Origin: Candidatus Johnevansia muelleri
GTDB taxonomy: Bacteria; Pseudomonadota; Gammaproteobacteria; Johnevansiales; Johnevansiaceae
Reading direction: 5' to 3'
Assembly (NCBI GenBank): GCA_000953435.1
Contig: LM655252.1
Location: 300,001-332,000, forward strand
Length of the DNA stretch: 32,000 nt
Shown here: one piece after another, positions 19,065 to 29,191 of the stretch
How the letters are laid out: each line of letters starts with the position of its first letter
How positions within the stretch are numbered: the first letter of the stretch is position 1
Made by a program: the position numbers and the translations under genes
The notes under the pieces: generated by a model
Seen by the model: the letters and a program-made list of their open reading frames with translations, nothing else
Databases searched by the model: none
Told to the model about the DNA's origin: nothing

Positions 19065-19138
19065 CGCACCCAGCAGGAATTGAACCTGCAACCTACAGCT
19101 TAGAAGGCTGTAGCTCTATCCAATTGAGCTATGGGCGC
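19065..19138 (-). tRNA. tRNA-Arg (anticodon UCU)
   Basis: The reverse complement is gcgcccatagctcaattggatagagctacagccttCTaagctgtaggttgcaggttcaattcctgctgggtgcg. The anticodon loop is ctTCTaa. Confidence 0.9.
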
Positions 19139-19152
19139 ATATAATTATATAT

Positions 19153-19226
<74 letters not shown>

Positions 19227-19236
19227 TCAAATTATT

Positions 19237-19265
19237 AATTTAAACTTTTATGATTAATGTGTCAA
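19237..19265 (-). promoter_or_regulatory. candidate sigma70 promoter for tRNA-Pro/Arg/His (and probably clpP-clpX)
   Basis: The minus strand reads TTGACA (19265-19260), a 17-nt spacer, then TAAATT (19242-19237). The tRNA-Pro 5' end lies 10 nt downstream. Confidence 0.35.
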
Positions 19266-19294
19266 GTATTTTAATATATAAGTAAAATTATTTT

Positions 19295-20161
19295 ATGATT
19301 GCTAAATTAATAAATGGTAATGTAATTGCAAATATTATTTATAAGAATATTTCTAAAAAAATAATAAAACGTAAATTATTAGGTCTTCGTCCTCCTGGAT
19401 TAGCAGTAATTTTAATAGGTAATAATCCAGCTTCTAAAGTTTATATACGTAATAAACATAGTGTTTGTAAAATGTTAGGAATTATGTATTTTCAATTTTT
19501 ATTTTCTAATAATTGCAGTGAAAATGATATAATTAAAATTATTGATAAATTAAATTTAGATACAAATATTGATGGAATTATAATTCAACTACCTTTACCT
19601 AAAAATTTTAATTATATAAAAGTTTTAGAACGTATTTTTCCTGATAAAGATGTTGATGGATTTCATCCATATAATATGGGGCGTCTTGCTAAAAGAATAC
19701 CAATGATGCGATCATGTACACCTAAAGGAATAATGACATTGCTTAAAGAATATAAGATTAATGTTCAAGGTATTAATGCAACTATTATTGGAGCTTCTAA
19801 TATAGTTGGTAGACCTATGGCTTTAGAGTTATTATTAGCAGGTAGTACTATTACAGTATGTCATAGATTTACCAATAATATACAAAAACAAATAGGCCAA
19901 GCAGATTTATTAGTAGTTGCTATTGGTAAACCATCTTTAATAAAAGGAACATGGATTAAAACTGGTGCTATAGTTATAGATGTAGGAATAAATAAACTTA
20001 AAGATGGTAGTATTACTGGAGATGTAGAATTTAATTCAGCAATTAATATAGCTAAATATATTACACCAGTACCTGGTGGGGTAGGTCCTATGACAATAGC
20101 TTCACTAATTGAAAATATATTATTTGCAACTGAATTACATGATAATTTTAAAAAAAATTAA
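19295..20161 (+). CDS. folD: bifunctional methylenetetrahydrofolate dehydrogenase/cyclohydrolase
   Basis: 288 aa ORF with PGLAVILIGNNPASKVYIRNK, DGIIIQLPLP, DVDGFHP, GRPMA and PVPGGVGPMT. Confidence 0.95.
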   Translation: MIAKLINGNVIANIIYKNISKKIIKRKLLGLRPPGLAVILIGNNPASKVYIRNKHSVCKMLGIMYFQFLFSNNCSENDIIKIIDKLNLDTNIDGIIIQLPLPKNFNYIKVLERIFPDKDVDGFHPYNMGRLAKRIPMMRSCTPKGIMTLLKEYKINVQGINATIIGASNIVGRPMALELLLAGSTITVCHRFTNNIQKQIGQADLLVVAIGKPSLIKGTWIKTGAIVIDVGINKLKDGSITGDVEFNSAINIAKYITPVPGGVGPMTIASLIENILFATELHDNFKKN

Positions 20162-20162
20162 T

Positions 20163-21539
20163 TTAAATATTCCACTCTGTAAAATTATTATAATCTTTTA
20201 AAAATATTCCTAAGTTATTTAATTCTTTTCTAATACGATCAGATTCATCAAAATTTTTAGAATTTCTTGCTATTTCACGAAGTTTTATTTGTTTTTCAAT
20301 TTCTTTAACATTTAAAGGTAAATTAAATTTACAATAATTAATAAAATTATATGGTTTATTTTGTAAAATTCCTAAAATTCCACCTAAATTAATTAAATCA
20401 AATGCTAAAAAAGATGCTTCTTCACTTTTTAATTTTAATTTTAAATTTAATTTATGTAATATATCAAAAAGTATAGATATTGCTTTAGGAGTATTAAAAT
20501 CATCATCCATTGCAATAAAAAATTTTTTTAAAAAAAAATCGTTAAAAGATCTTTTAACTACTTTAATTTTACTTAAAGCAATATAAAATTTATTAAGTGA
20601 TTTATATGCAAATTCTAAAGATTTTATTTTAAAATTTATAGGAGTCCTATAATGACTAGATATTAAAAAAAATCTTAATACTTCTGGATGATATTTTTTT
20701 AAAATTTCACGAATAGTAAAAAAATTATTTAATGATTTGGACATTTTTTCATTATTAAATTTTATTATACCTACATGCATCCAAATTTTTACATATTTTT
20801 TACCAGTAACTGCTTCACTTTGTGCAATTTCATTTTCATGATGAGGAAATGTCAGGTCTATTCCTCCGCCATGAATATCTAAAGTATCACCTAAATAAAT
20901 ATTAGCCATTACAGAACATTCAATATGCCAACCAGGTCTACCTTTACCAAAAAATGAAGACCAATATGGTTCATTACTTTTATATTTTTTCCATAATATA
21001 AAATCTAATTGATTTTCTTTATATTTATCTAATTCTATTCTTTTACTACTTTTTAAATTATCAAAATTTATATTATTTAAATTACCATAAGATTTAAAAC
21101 ATTTAATACGATAATAAATGTTACCATTATCAGCCAAATAAGCATATCCTTTTTTTAGTAATTTTTTAATCATAACTATAATCTCATTTATATGATTGGT
21201 TGCATATGGTACATTATTAGGAGGTAAAATACGTAATGTTTTTTCATCTTCATGCATTGCTTTAATCATTCGTTCAGTAAGTATATTAAACTTTTCTTTA
21301 TTTTTAAAAGCTTGATTTATAATTTTATCATCTATGTCTGTAATATTCCGTACATAATTTACTTTATAACCCAAAGTCCTAAAATATCGAGTAATAACAT
21401 CAAAAACAATCATTATTCTTGCATGACCTATATGACAATAATTATATACGGTTATACCACATACATAAATATTTATTTTACCTTTTTCTTTTGTAAAAAA
21501 ATTTTCTGTAAAATTTTTAAGTGTATTATATATTTGCAT
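20163..21539 (-). CDS. cysS: cysteine--tRNA ligase
   Basis: 458 aa ORF with YVCGITVYNYCHIGHAR (HIGH), the Zn-site context GWHIEC and KMSKS. Its start overlaps the glnS stop by 14 nt. Confidence 0.95.
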   Translation of the reverse strand: MQIYNTLKNFTENFFTKEKGKINIYVCGITVYNYCHIGHARIMIVFDVITRYFRTLGYKVNYVRNITDIDDKIINQAFKNKEKFNILTERMIKAMHEDEKTLRILPPNNVPYATNHINEIIVMIKKLLKKGYAYLADNGNIYYRIKCFKSYGNLNNINFDNLKSSKRIELDKYKENQLDFILWKKYKSNEPYWSSFFGKGRPGWHIECSVMANIYLGDTLDIHGGGIDLTFPHHENEIAQSEAVTGKKYVKIWMHVGIIKFNNEKMSKSLNNFFTIREILKKYHPEVLRFFLISSHYRTPINFKIKSLEFAYKSLNKFYIALSKIKVVKRSFNDFFLKKFFIAMDDDFNTPKAISILFDILHKLNLKLKLKSEEASFLAFDLINLGGILGILQNKPYNFINYCKFNLPLNVKEIEKQIKLREIARNSKNFDESDRIRKELNNLGIFLKDYNNFTEWNI

Positions 21540-23172
21540 AATTATTCCAACTATCTTTAAGATTTACAGTTTTATTAAAAACAAGTTTTTCTTTATTATG
21601 ATCATAACGATCTGCACAAAAATAGCCTACGCGTTCAAATTGGTAGCAATTTTCCGGTAAAGCATTTTTTAAATAAGGTTCACCTATAGCTTTTATTATT
21701 TCAATAGAATTATAATTAATGTAATCTAAAAAATTTTTTTCTTTTTCAGGATCTTCTATTTTAAATAAATTATTATATTTTCGTATTTCTAAAAATACAC
21801 CATGTTTAATACTTACCCAATGAATTACTCCTTTTATTTTATAACCTTTAGGATTAACACCTAAAGTATTAAAATCAACATTAGCTAATAAATTATATAC
21901 TCTTCCATTTTTATCAAAAACTACTTTATTACAAGTAATAACATAAGCATTTCTTAATCTTACTTTATTACCTAAAGTAAGACGATAAAATTTATTTGGA
22001 GGATCTAGCATAAAATCATCTATATCAATCCAAAGTTCTTTATTAAATGGAATATTACGTATTCCCATATATTTTTTAGGATGAATAGGTATTTGTAATA
22101 TTTCTTCATATTTTTTATCAATATTAGTAATAATTAATTTTATTGGTTTTATAATGCACATAGCTCTAGGTGCTTTTTCTTCAAGATTTGATCTTATTGC
22201 GTGATATTGCATTTTAATATTTATTATTGCATTAGATCGAGTAATACCAGTCATTTCACATAATTTATGTAATGATTCTGGAGTATAACCTCTACGTCGT
22301 AGACCAGATATAGTAGAAAGACGAGGATCATCCCAACTATTTACAATTTTAAGATCAATTAATAATTTTATTTTTCTTTTAGATGTAATGGTATATTGTA
22401 TATTTAGTCGTGCAAATTCTATTTGTCTGGGTTTTGATGGTACGGGTAAATTATTTAAAAACCAATTATATAATGGTCTATGATCTTCAAATTCAAGAGT
22501 ACAAATAGAATGAGTTATACCTTCAATAGCATCTGATTGACCATGTGCAAAATCGTATGAAGGATATATTTTCCATTTATAACCAAGTTTATGATGTTTA
22601 ATATTACGAATACGATAAATTATAGGATCCCTGAGATTAATATTTGGAGATGACATATCTATTTTAGCTCTTAATACTTTATTACCTTCCAAAAATTCGC
22701 CTTGTCGCATACGTTCAATTAAATCAATATTTTCTTTAACAGAGCGGTTTCTATAAGGACTATTAATACCTGGTTTAGTAAGTGTACCTCTATATTCATG
22801 TATTTCTTTATAAGATAAATCATCTACATAAGCTTTTCCATTATGTATAAGATATTTACTCCAATCATAAATTTGTTCAAAATAATCAGAAGCATATTTA
22901 ACTTGTCCATTCCATTTAAAACCTAACCATTTAATATCTTCTTGTATTGCCTTAACATATATATCTTTTTCAATTGATGGATTAGTATCATCAAATCTTA
23001 AATTACATTGTCCATTAAATTTTTTTGCTATTCCAAAATTAATCCAAATTGATTTAATATGTCCAATATGTAAAAAACCATTAGGTTCTGGTGGAAATCT
23101 AGTCAAAATTTTTATATTTAATTTTTTAATATCTTTGTAAATTTGATTTGAAATAAAATTAGATTTTTTCAT
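21526..23172 (-). CDS. glnS: glutamine--tRNA ligase
   Basis: The ORF track starts at 23256. The conserved protein begins at MKKSNFISNQI (ATG 23172-23170). The upstream 28 codons would overlap recC and are I/L/N-rich noise. Motifs include TRFPPEPNGFLHIGH and a GlnRS-type anticodon-binding C-terminus. Confidence 0.9.
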   Translation of the reverse strand: MKKSNFISNQIYKDIKKLNIKILTRFPPEPNGFLHIGHIKSIWINFGIAKKFNGQCNLRFDDTNPSIEKDIYVKAIQEDIKWLGFKWNGQVKYASDYFEQIYDWSKYLIHNGKAYVDDLSYKEIHEYRGTLTKPGINSPYRNRSVKENIDLIERMRQGEFLEGNKVLRAKIDMSSPNINLRDPIIYRIRNIKHHKLGYKWKIYPSYDFAHGQSDAIEGITHSICTLEFEDHRPLYNWFLNNLPVPSKPRQIEFARLNIQYTITSKRKIKLLIDLKIVNSWDDPRLSTISGLRRRGYTPESLHKLCEMTGITRSNAIINIKMQYHAIRSNLEEKAPRAMCIIKPIKLIITNIDKKYEEILQIPIHPKKYMGIRNIPFNKELWIDIDDFMLDPPNKFYRLTLGNKVRLRNAYVITCNKVVFDKNGRVYNLLANVDFNTLGVNPKGYKIKGVIHWVSIKHGVFLEIRKYNNLFKIEDPEKEKNFLDYINYNSIEIIKAIGEPYLKNALPENCYQFERVGYFCADRYDHNKEKLVFNKTVNLKDSWNNYANI

Positions 23173-23182
23173 AAAATATAAA

Positions 23183-26100
23183 TTAATATTTAATAATTGA
23201 TTTAATATAATCAAATATATTATTATATATTTTTTTACTATAAAAAATAAATCCATTATTTAATAATGATTTAAAATCAGGCCAAATTTCTTTTATAAAA
23301 AAATTTTTTTGAATATTCTTAAATTTTTTATATTTTTTACTTAATATTTTATTTATTTTTATAATTTTATTTTCACTTATATATTCACATATAAAAAATA
23401 AATCAAAAGCCATATGGGGGTTAGTAGGAATAGGTAACTTCCATGCCTTATACCATAAATAAATAAGATTTATTAATTGTATTTTTGCTATCTTGTGTTT
23501 ACAAGTAGGTAATACTAATGTGCAATTTTCAAAAATTAATATAACGTTTCCAGGACGTTTAGTAGCTATTGATAATGCTAGTTGAATTAAATAGCCCCTA
23601 AATAATCTAAAAATTTGGTTATTATAAATATAATTATATGGTTCAATTGAATAATAATTAATATTTCCTTTATAATCTTCATATAAATTTTTTAAAATTT
23701 GTTCAAAACATACATTATATTTATTTATTGATATACTAAACCGTAAAAATTTTTGTTCTTTTTTTTTATTTTCAATATATTTTTTCCATATGTTTATTTG
23801 AAATTTAAATTTTTCTAATATATTATAAAAATATGTATCAGAAAATCCTAAAAATGGTAATTGGCCACTTTTTTTTAATTTATAAATAGTATAATTTAAA
23901 CTATATCCTTTATAAAAATTATTAATTAAAATATTTTTTATATTATATAATTGGATATTATCTAATATAAATGGTTCTGTATCATATATATTAATATTGT
24001 TTTTAAAATTAATTTTTATTCTATATTTAAAATATATTTTAAATGGTTCGTATAAAAATTTTTCTAATTCGTTTAATCCTAGTTTTATAGGGGGATTTAT
24101 TTTGGATATAAAAGGTATCTCGGTAAATTTATAAAAATTTTTTACTTTCTTATATTCTTGCCTTGCTTCAAACGAAGTTTTATAAAACTGTTTAATATGT
24201 TCTATTGTCAATATATCAATTGGTGAAACATTTTTTGTTTGTGATTTATTTAAAGTCCATCCTATATTTATTATATTACGTAATTCATTAATTAACACTG
24301 AAGGGTTATTATATTTATAATTGTTATTTGATTTTTTAACCCAAGAAATTGTTAAACAATCTCTAGTTGATAAAAGTACTTCAAGTAATAAATAACTATC
24401 ATCTATTATGCTTGATAAATCATCATTACGAGTATATTTTTTCATAATATCTATTGATAATGTAAAATATGGTCTAGGAAAATTTCCTTCATTCATTCCT
24501 AATAAATATGTATAACGAAAAGGAATATTACGCATTGGTAAAAATGTTGCAAAGTTAACTTTACCATAAAAAAATTTACATATTTTTTCATCTAAATTTT
24601 TACTAATTACATCATGTACAATATAAAATGTAATATTTTCATCAAAATTAGCAATTTCACAGCTATTACTCAATGTATTAATAGCTTCATTTATTAATTC
24701 ATATTCATTGTTTTGTTTTAAAAAAAAATTTTTATAAATGTTTTTAATACGTTGTTCCCATTCTAAATAATTAGCTGGTTTATAAATTACATGCAAATAA
24801 TGCTCTAAATTTTGTATTAATTTAATTAAATTACCAATTAATTTTGCATCAAATTCAAATAAATCAATATTAAAACTATCTGTTATAAATTTATTATTTA
24901 TTGCATAATTTAATATAATTTTATCAATACCAAATCTTAAAGTATTATTATTTAATGCTGGTAGTCCTATAATATATCTATGTTCACTATTAATTCCCCA
25001 ACGTACACCATTAGATTTTAATAAATATTTTATTTTTTTTATTGATTCTTTTTTTATTTCGAATCTACGCCTAAATTCTGGTATATATAACCAATTTAAT
25101 AATTCATTTAGTTCTAGTCTAATAATAGGTAATTTAATTAATTCTAATAAACATATTAAAATTGGATTATATATTGAATTTTTTTTATCAATTATTCCAT
25201 ATGGAATATATGTTGGATCATTAATATTTATTGAACCAAAAACTGCATTAATAAAGGCAGTATAATCATTAATGTCCGGGGCTAAAACAATAATATCATT
25301 AGGTTTTAAATTATGATCAATTTCAAATTTTTCTAATAATTGGTCACGTAGTATTTCGACTTCTATTAATGTAGAATAAGTACAAATAAAACGTATTGAT
25401 TTATCATTTTCATTTAATATTCTTTTACATCCATTTTTTAAAATATAATATGGATTATTTAAATCTAAAATATCTTGTTGTAATTGATGTAATAATAATG
25501 AATTTTTACTAAATATTTTATCTCTAAAAATATGATATTCTAATTTATATGTATTTTTATATTCAAATTCATTTAATATTTTAATAAAATTACATCCTTG
25601 TTTTCCCCAATTCATTAATAATGGATTATTATCTTTAATATATTTTTTATTAATTACATCTTCCCAATAATACTTACATGGATTATTAACAAAAACAAAT
25701 ACATTAATAATATGAGAAACAGCATAAAGTGCTTCTATAATTTTAGCAGGTAAAGTAGAAATACCAAATACAAATAATCTAGATGGTAATCCAATAGGGC
25801 GTGTTTTAAGTTTAGTAACAATTTTACAATAATTTTTATGTAAAAAAGCACTATTTTTTATATTAATATTTTTTAATAATTCTTGCAAAAGTTTAGGTTG
25901 CCATTGTTGATTAAAATCTAATTTTAATATATTTTTTTTTTCTGACCAAGCATTAATCCAATCATATCTATATAATAAATATTTATTAAATATATAAGCA
26001 ATTTTTTTACACACAAAATATAATTTTGATTGTTCATATATTTTTATATCAAATAATTCTTTATTTAATACTGTTTTATCTTGTTGTATATATTCATATA

Positions 26101-26434
26101 AAAGTTTAAATTCCGGTAAAAATATAATTTTAGGTATTAATTTAAATAAAATCCATATTAATGAAGAATAATCAAAATGAGAATATTCGTAAATATTATC
26201 ATTTCCTAATACTATATTATATAAGTTACAAATAAATGATAATGGTAATTTAAATTCCAAAGATGCTGCTATACTTTTTTTATCTGCTATAGCTAAACGT
26301 AACCATTGTCCCATACAATGAGATTGAATAATAAATGTTTCAGTTTCTAATGGTTCGATAGGATTAGAATGAATAATTTCAATAACAATATCTATTAAAT
26401 CTTCAATATTATTTGCATGTATAACAGTGAACAT
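23183..26434 (-). CDS. recC: exodeoxyribonuclease V gamma subunit (RecC)
   Basis: 1083 aa ORF. The N-terminus MFTVIHANNIEDL...ETFIIQSHCMGQWLRLAIADKKSIAASLEFKLPLSFI parallels E. coli RecC (MLRVYHSNRLDVL...EMILVQSTGMAQWLQMTLSQKFGIAANIDFPLPASFI). The length is close to E. coli RecC. Confidence 0.85.
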   Translation of the reverse strand: MFTVIHANNIEDLIDIVIEIIHSNPIEPLETETFIIQSHCMGQWLRLAIADKKSIAASLEFKLPLSFICNLYNIVLGNDNIYEYSHFDYSSLIWILFKLIPKIIFLPEFKLLYEYIQQDKTVLNKELFDIKIYEQSKLYFVCKKIAYIFNKYLLYRYDWINAWSEKKNILKLDFNQQWQPKLLQELLKNINIKNSAFLHKNYCKIVTKLKTRPIGLPSRLFVFGISTLPAKIIEALYAVSHIINVFVFVNNPCKYYWEDVINKKYIKDNNPLLMNWGKQGCNFIKILNEFEYKNTYKLEYHIFRDKIFSKNSLLLHQLQQDILDLNNPYYILKNGCKRILNENDKSIRFICTYSTLIEVEILRDQLLEKFEIDHNLKPNDIIVLAPDINDYTAFINAVFGSININDPTYIPYGIIDKKNSIYNPILICLLELIKLPIIRLELNELLNWLYIPEFRRRFEIKKESIKKIKYLLKSNGVRWGINSEHRYIIGLPALNNNTLRFGIDKIILNYAINNKFITDSFNIDLFEFDAKLIGNLIKLIQNLEHYLHVIYKPANYLEWEQRIKNIYKNFFLKQNNEYELINEAINTLSNSCEIANFDENITFYIVHDVISKNLDEKICKFFYGKVNFATFLPMRNIPFRYTYLLGMNEGNFPRPYFTLSIDIMKKYTRNDDLSSIIDDSYLLLEVLLSTRDCLTISWVKKSNNNYKYNNPSVLINELRNIINIGWTLNKSQTKNVSPIDILTIEHIKQFYKTSFEARQEYKKVKNFYKFTEIPFISKINPPIKLGLNELEKFLYEPFKIYFKYRIKINFKNNINIYDTEPFILDNIQLYNIKNILINNFYKGYSLNYTIYKLKKSGQLPFLGFSDTYFYNILEKFKFQINIWKKYIENKKKEQKFLRFSISINKYNVCFEQILKNLYEDYKGNINYYSIEPYNYIYNNQIFRLFRGYLIQLALSIATKRPGNVILIFENCTLVLPTCKHKIAKIQLINLIYLWYKAWKLPIPTNPHMAFDLFFICEYISENKIIKINKILSKKYKKFKNIQKNFFIKEIWPDFKSLLNNGFIFYSKKIYNNIFDYIKSIIKY

Positions 26435-26482
26435 TTTAATCCTAATAATTTATATTAAATTATATTTTTTATGGATTTTTAA

Positions 26483-28237
26483 ATGCGTAGATATTGTGGT
26501 AAAATTAATGAAAATATGGTAGGAGAAAATATTACTATTTGTGGTTGGGTAAATAGTAGTAGAAATCACGGTGGATTAATTTTTATAGATTTACGTGATT
26601 ATACAGGAATAATTCAAATTGTTGTAAATCCATTAAATTTAAAAGCATTTTCTAATGCTAATAAAGTACGTAATGAGTATGTTATTAAAATTACTGGAAT
26701 ACTTAGTATTCGTCCAAAAGGTACAATAAATACTACAAAGTTAACTGGAAAAATTGAAGTTTTAGCAAATAATATAGAAATATTAAATATTTCAAAAACT
26801 CCACCTTTTCAAATTGATGAACATATTAATGTTAATGAAGATATACGTCTTAAATATAGATATATAGACTTACGTCGTTCTGAAATGATTAATCGATTTT
26901 ATTTAAGATCTAAAATTCTTAATAATATTAGAGAATTTTTAGAAAATGAAGGGTTTCTTAATATAGAAACTCCTATATTAACTCGTGCTACACATGAAGG
27001 TGCTAGAGATTATTTAATTCCTAGTCGTACACATTGTGGGGAATTTTTTGCATTACCTCAATCTCCTCAAATTTTTAAACAATTATTGATGATTTCAGGT
27101 TTTGATAGATATTATCAGTTTGCTAAATGTTTTCGGGATGAGGATCTTCGGGCAGATCGTCAACCAGAATTTACTCAAATTGATATAGAGGCTTCATTTA
27201 TTGAAGAAAAAGATATTATGTTAATATCTGAAAAAATGATTAGTAAATTATTTTTTGAATTAATTAATATACAATTACCTATTTTTAAAACTATTAAATA
27301 TAGTGAAGCTATTTATCGGTATGGGTCTGATAAACCTGATATGCGTATACCATTAGAATTAATTGATATTACTGATATTATTAAAAAAGTTAAGTTACAA
27401 GTTTTAAGAGAACCAGCATATCTTAAAGATGGACGAGTAGCTACAATAATAGTTAATGGAGGAGCAAAATTTTCAAGAAAAGAAATTGATGAATATACTC
27501 GTTTTGTATGTTCTTATGGAGCAAAAGGATTAGCGTGGATTAAAATTAATAATATTAGTGCTCCATATAATGAAGGTTTACAATCTCCTATAATTAAATT
27601 CATAGAAAACATTATAGAAGAATTAATTGTTCGTACTAATGCTAAAAATGGTGATATTATATTTTTTTGCGCTGATAAAAAATGTATTGTAAATGCTTCA
27701 ATGGGTGCTTTACGTATTAAGTTAGGGAAAGATCTTAATTTATATACTTCTAATTGGTCTCCCATTTGGGTTATAAATTTTCCAATGTTTGAACGTGATG
27801 ATAATGGAAAATTAGTATCATATAACCATCCTTTTACCGCACCAATATGTAATAATATAGAAGAATTAAGATTTAATCCTATTGATAAATTTTCGAGATC
27901 TTATGATTTAGTTATTAATGGAATTGAATTGGGTGGAGGATCAATTCGTATTCATGACAAATATTTACAGCAAGCTATATTTGAAATAATTGGTTTTAGT
28001 AAATTAGACTATTATGAAAATTTCGGTTTTTTTCTAGAGGCACTTCAATATGGTGCCCCTCCACATGGAGGAATTGCTTTAGGTTTAGATCGGTTATTAA
28101 TGCTTATAACAGGTACATCAAGTATTCGTGATGTAATTGCATTTCCTAAAACACAAAAGGCTTCATGTTTACTTACTAAAGCACCTAATAAAGTTAGTGA
28201 TTTACAAATTAAAGAATTAAATATTAAAAGGAGGTAA
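26483..28237 (+). CDS. aspS: aspartate--tRNA ligase
   Basis: 584 aa ORF with OB-fold N-terminus [19 protein letters not shown], class II motifs ([36 protein letters not shown]) and the bacterial insertion domain. Confidence 0.95.
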   Translation: MRRYCGKINENMVGENITICGWVNSSRNHGGLIFIDLRDYTGIIQIVVNPLNLKAFSNANKVRNEYVIKITGILSIRPKGTINTTKLTGKIEVLANNIEILNISKTPPFQIDEHINVNEDIRLKYRYIDLRRSEMINRFYLRSKILNNIREFLENEGFLNIETPILTRATHEGARDYLIPSRTHCGEFFALPQSPQIFKQLLMISGFDRYYQFAKCFRDEDLRADRQPEFTQIDIEASFIEEKDIMLISEKMISKLFFELINIQLPIFKTIKYSEAIYRYGSDKPDMRIPLELIDITDIIKKVKLQVLREPAYLKDGRVATIIVNGGAKFSRKEIDEYTRFVCSYGAKGLAWIKINNISAPYNEGLQSPIIKFIENIIEELIVRTNAKNGDIIFFCADKKCIVNASMGALRIKLGKDLNLYTSNWSPIWVINFPMFERDDNGKLVSYNHPFTAPICNNIEELRFNPIDKFSRSYDLVINGIELGGGSIRIHDKYLQQAIFEIIGFSKLDYYENFGFFLEALQYGAPPHGGIALGLDRLLMLITGTSSIRDVIAFPKTQKASCLLTKAPNKVSDLQIKELNIKRR

Positions 28238-28239
28238 AA

Positions 28240-28479
28240 TTGTCAGGACATAGTAAATGGTCAAATACTAAACATCGTAAAGCAATACAAGATGCTAAAC
28301 GTGAAAAATTATTTAATAAACTTATTCGTGAATTAATTATAGCTGTAAAAATAGGAGGAAGCAGTGATCCAGATAATAATCCTAGGTTACGTACTGCAAT
28401 AAATAAAGCATTATTAAATAATATGGAAAAAAATAGAATTAAAAGAGCTATTGATAGAGGATTAAATGTTAAAATTTAA
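28240..28479 (+). CDS. yebC: YebC/TACO1-family protein, N-terminal domain only (79 aa; the family norm is about 240 aa)
   Basis: TTG start preceded by [80 protein letters not shown] is colinear with E. coli YebC residues 1 to ~75. A TAA stop follows and overlaps the ruvC ATG. Confidence 0.75.
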   Translation: MSGHSKWSNTKHRKAIQDAKREKLFNKLIRELIIAVKIGGSSDPDNNPRLRTAINKALLNNMEKNRIKRAIDRGLNVKI

Positions 28480-28949
28480 TGATTATATTAGGTATTGATC
28501 CAGGTTATAGTAGAATAGGTTTTGGTATTATTGAGAGATATTTATATTATCCATATTATATAGATAGTGGATATATTAATATATCAGCTATTAATTTAGG
28601 ACAAAAACTTATTAAAATATATACTGGAATGAGTGAGATAATTAACCGATATTGTCCATCAGAAATTGCAATAGAACAAGTATTTATATCAAAAAATGCA
28701 GATTCAGCTTTAAAATTAGGACAGACTAGAGGTTGTACAATTGTTTGTATAAGTAATAATGGATTACCTATATTTGAATATACCCCTAGTTTTATAAAAA
28801 AAAGTATAACTGGATATGGGATTGCTGATAAACTAGTTGTAAAAAAAAATATTTATATTAATTTAAAAATTGAAAAGCACCCGCAATCTGATGCGTCAGA
28901 TGCAATTGCTATTGCACTTACACATTGTTATAAAAAAAATAACTATTGA
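28479..28949 (+). CDS. ruvC: crossover junction endodeoxyribonuclease RuvC
   Basis: 156 aa ORF with IILGIDPGYSRIGFGII (catalytic Asp), IEQVF (Glu) and the C-terminal SDASDAIAIALTH acidic pair. It sits in the conserved yebC-ruvC context. The stop is TGA. Confidence 0.85.
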   Translation: MIILGIDPGYSRIGFGIIERYLYYPYYIDSGYINISAINLGQKLIKIYTGMSEIINRYCPSEIAIEQVFISKNADSALKLGQTRGCTIVCISNNGLPIFEYTPSFIKKSITGYGIADKLVVKKNIYINLKIEKHPQSDASDAIAIALTHCYKKNNY

Positions 28950-28973
28950 CATATTTTTTTAATATAATATAAT
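28946..28973 (+). promoter_or_regulatory. candidate sigma70 promoter for tRNA-Ser
   Basis: Perfect TTGACA (28946-28951), a 16-nt spacer, then perfect TATAAT (28968-28973). The tRNA-Ser 5' end lies 12 nt downstream. The -35 hexamer contains the ruvC TGA stop. Confidence 0.45.
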
Positions 28974-28985
28974 ATCATAAAATCT

Positions 28986-29072
28986 GGAGGGGTGGCAGAG
29001 TGGTTAATTGCACCGGTCTTGAAAATCGGTAAGGGTTTAAACTCTTCCAGGGTTCGAATCCCTGTCCCTCCG
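28986..29072 (+). tRNA. tRNA-Ser (anticodon UGA), class II with long variable arm
   Basis: Sequence is ggaggggtggcagagtggttaattgcaccggtctTGAaaatcggtaagggtttaaactcttccagggttcgaatccctgtccctccg. Acceptor stem ggagggg/tccctcc, with a long extra arm. Confidence 0.9.
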
Positions 29073-29073
29073 A

Positions 29074-29147
29074 TAGCTACGCCCTGAATTGAACAGGGGA
29101 CCTCATCATTATGAGTGATGCGCTCTAACCATCTGAGCTACGTAGCC
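29074..29147 (-). tRNA. tRNA-Met, elongator type (anticodon CAU)
   Basis: The reverse complement is ggctacgtagctcagatggttagagcgcatcactCATaatgatgaggtcccctgttcaattcagggcgtagcta. The acceptor, D and anticodon arms are nearly identical to E. coli elongator tRNA-Met. Confidence 0.85.
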
Positions 29148-29191
29148 TTATAATTATATTATATAATTTATATTAATAAAAATATATTTTA

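Noticed and set aside
21252-21560. 102-aa ORF on the plus strand.
   Set aside because: It is antisense to the conserved 5' part of cysS. The I/F/Y/N-rich translation has no motif.
23173-23256. 28-codon N-terminal extension of the glnS ORF that would overlap the recC 3' end by 74 nt.
   Set aside because: The extension (MDLFFIVKKYIIIYLIILNQLLNINLYF) is not GlnRS-like. The conserved protein starts at the internal ATG 23172-23170, which leaves a 10-nt gap to recC.
27514-27765. 83-aa ORF on the minus strand.
   Set aside because: It is antisense within the aspS insertion domain and has no homology signal.
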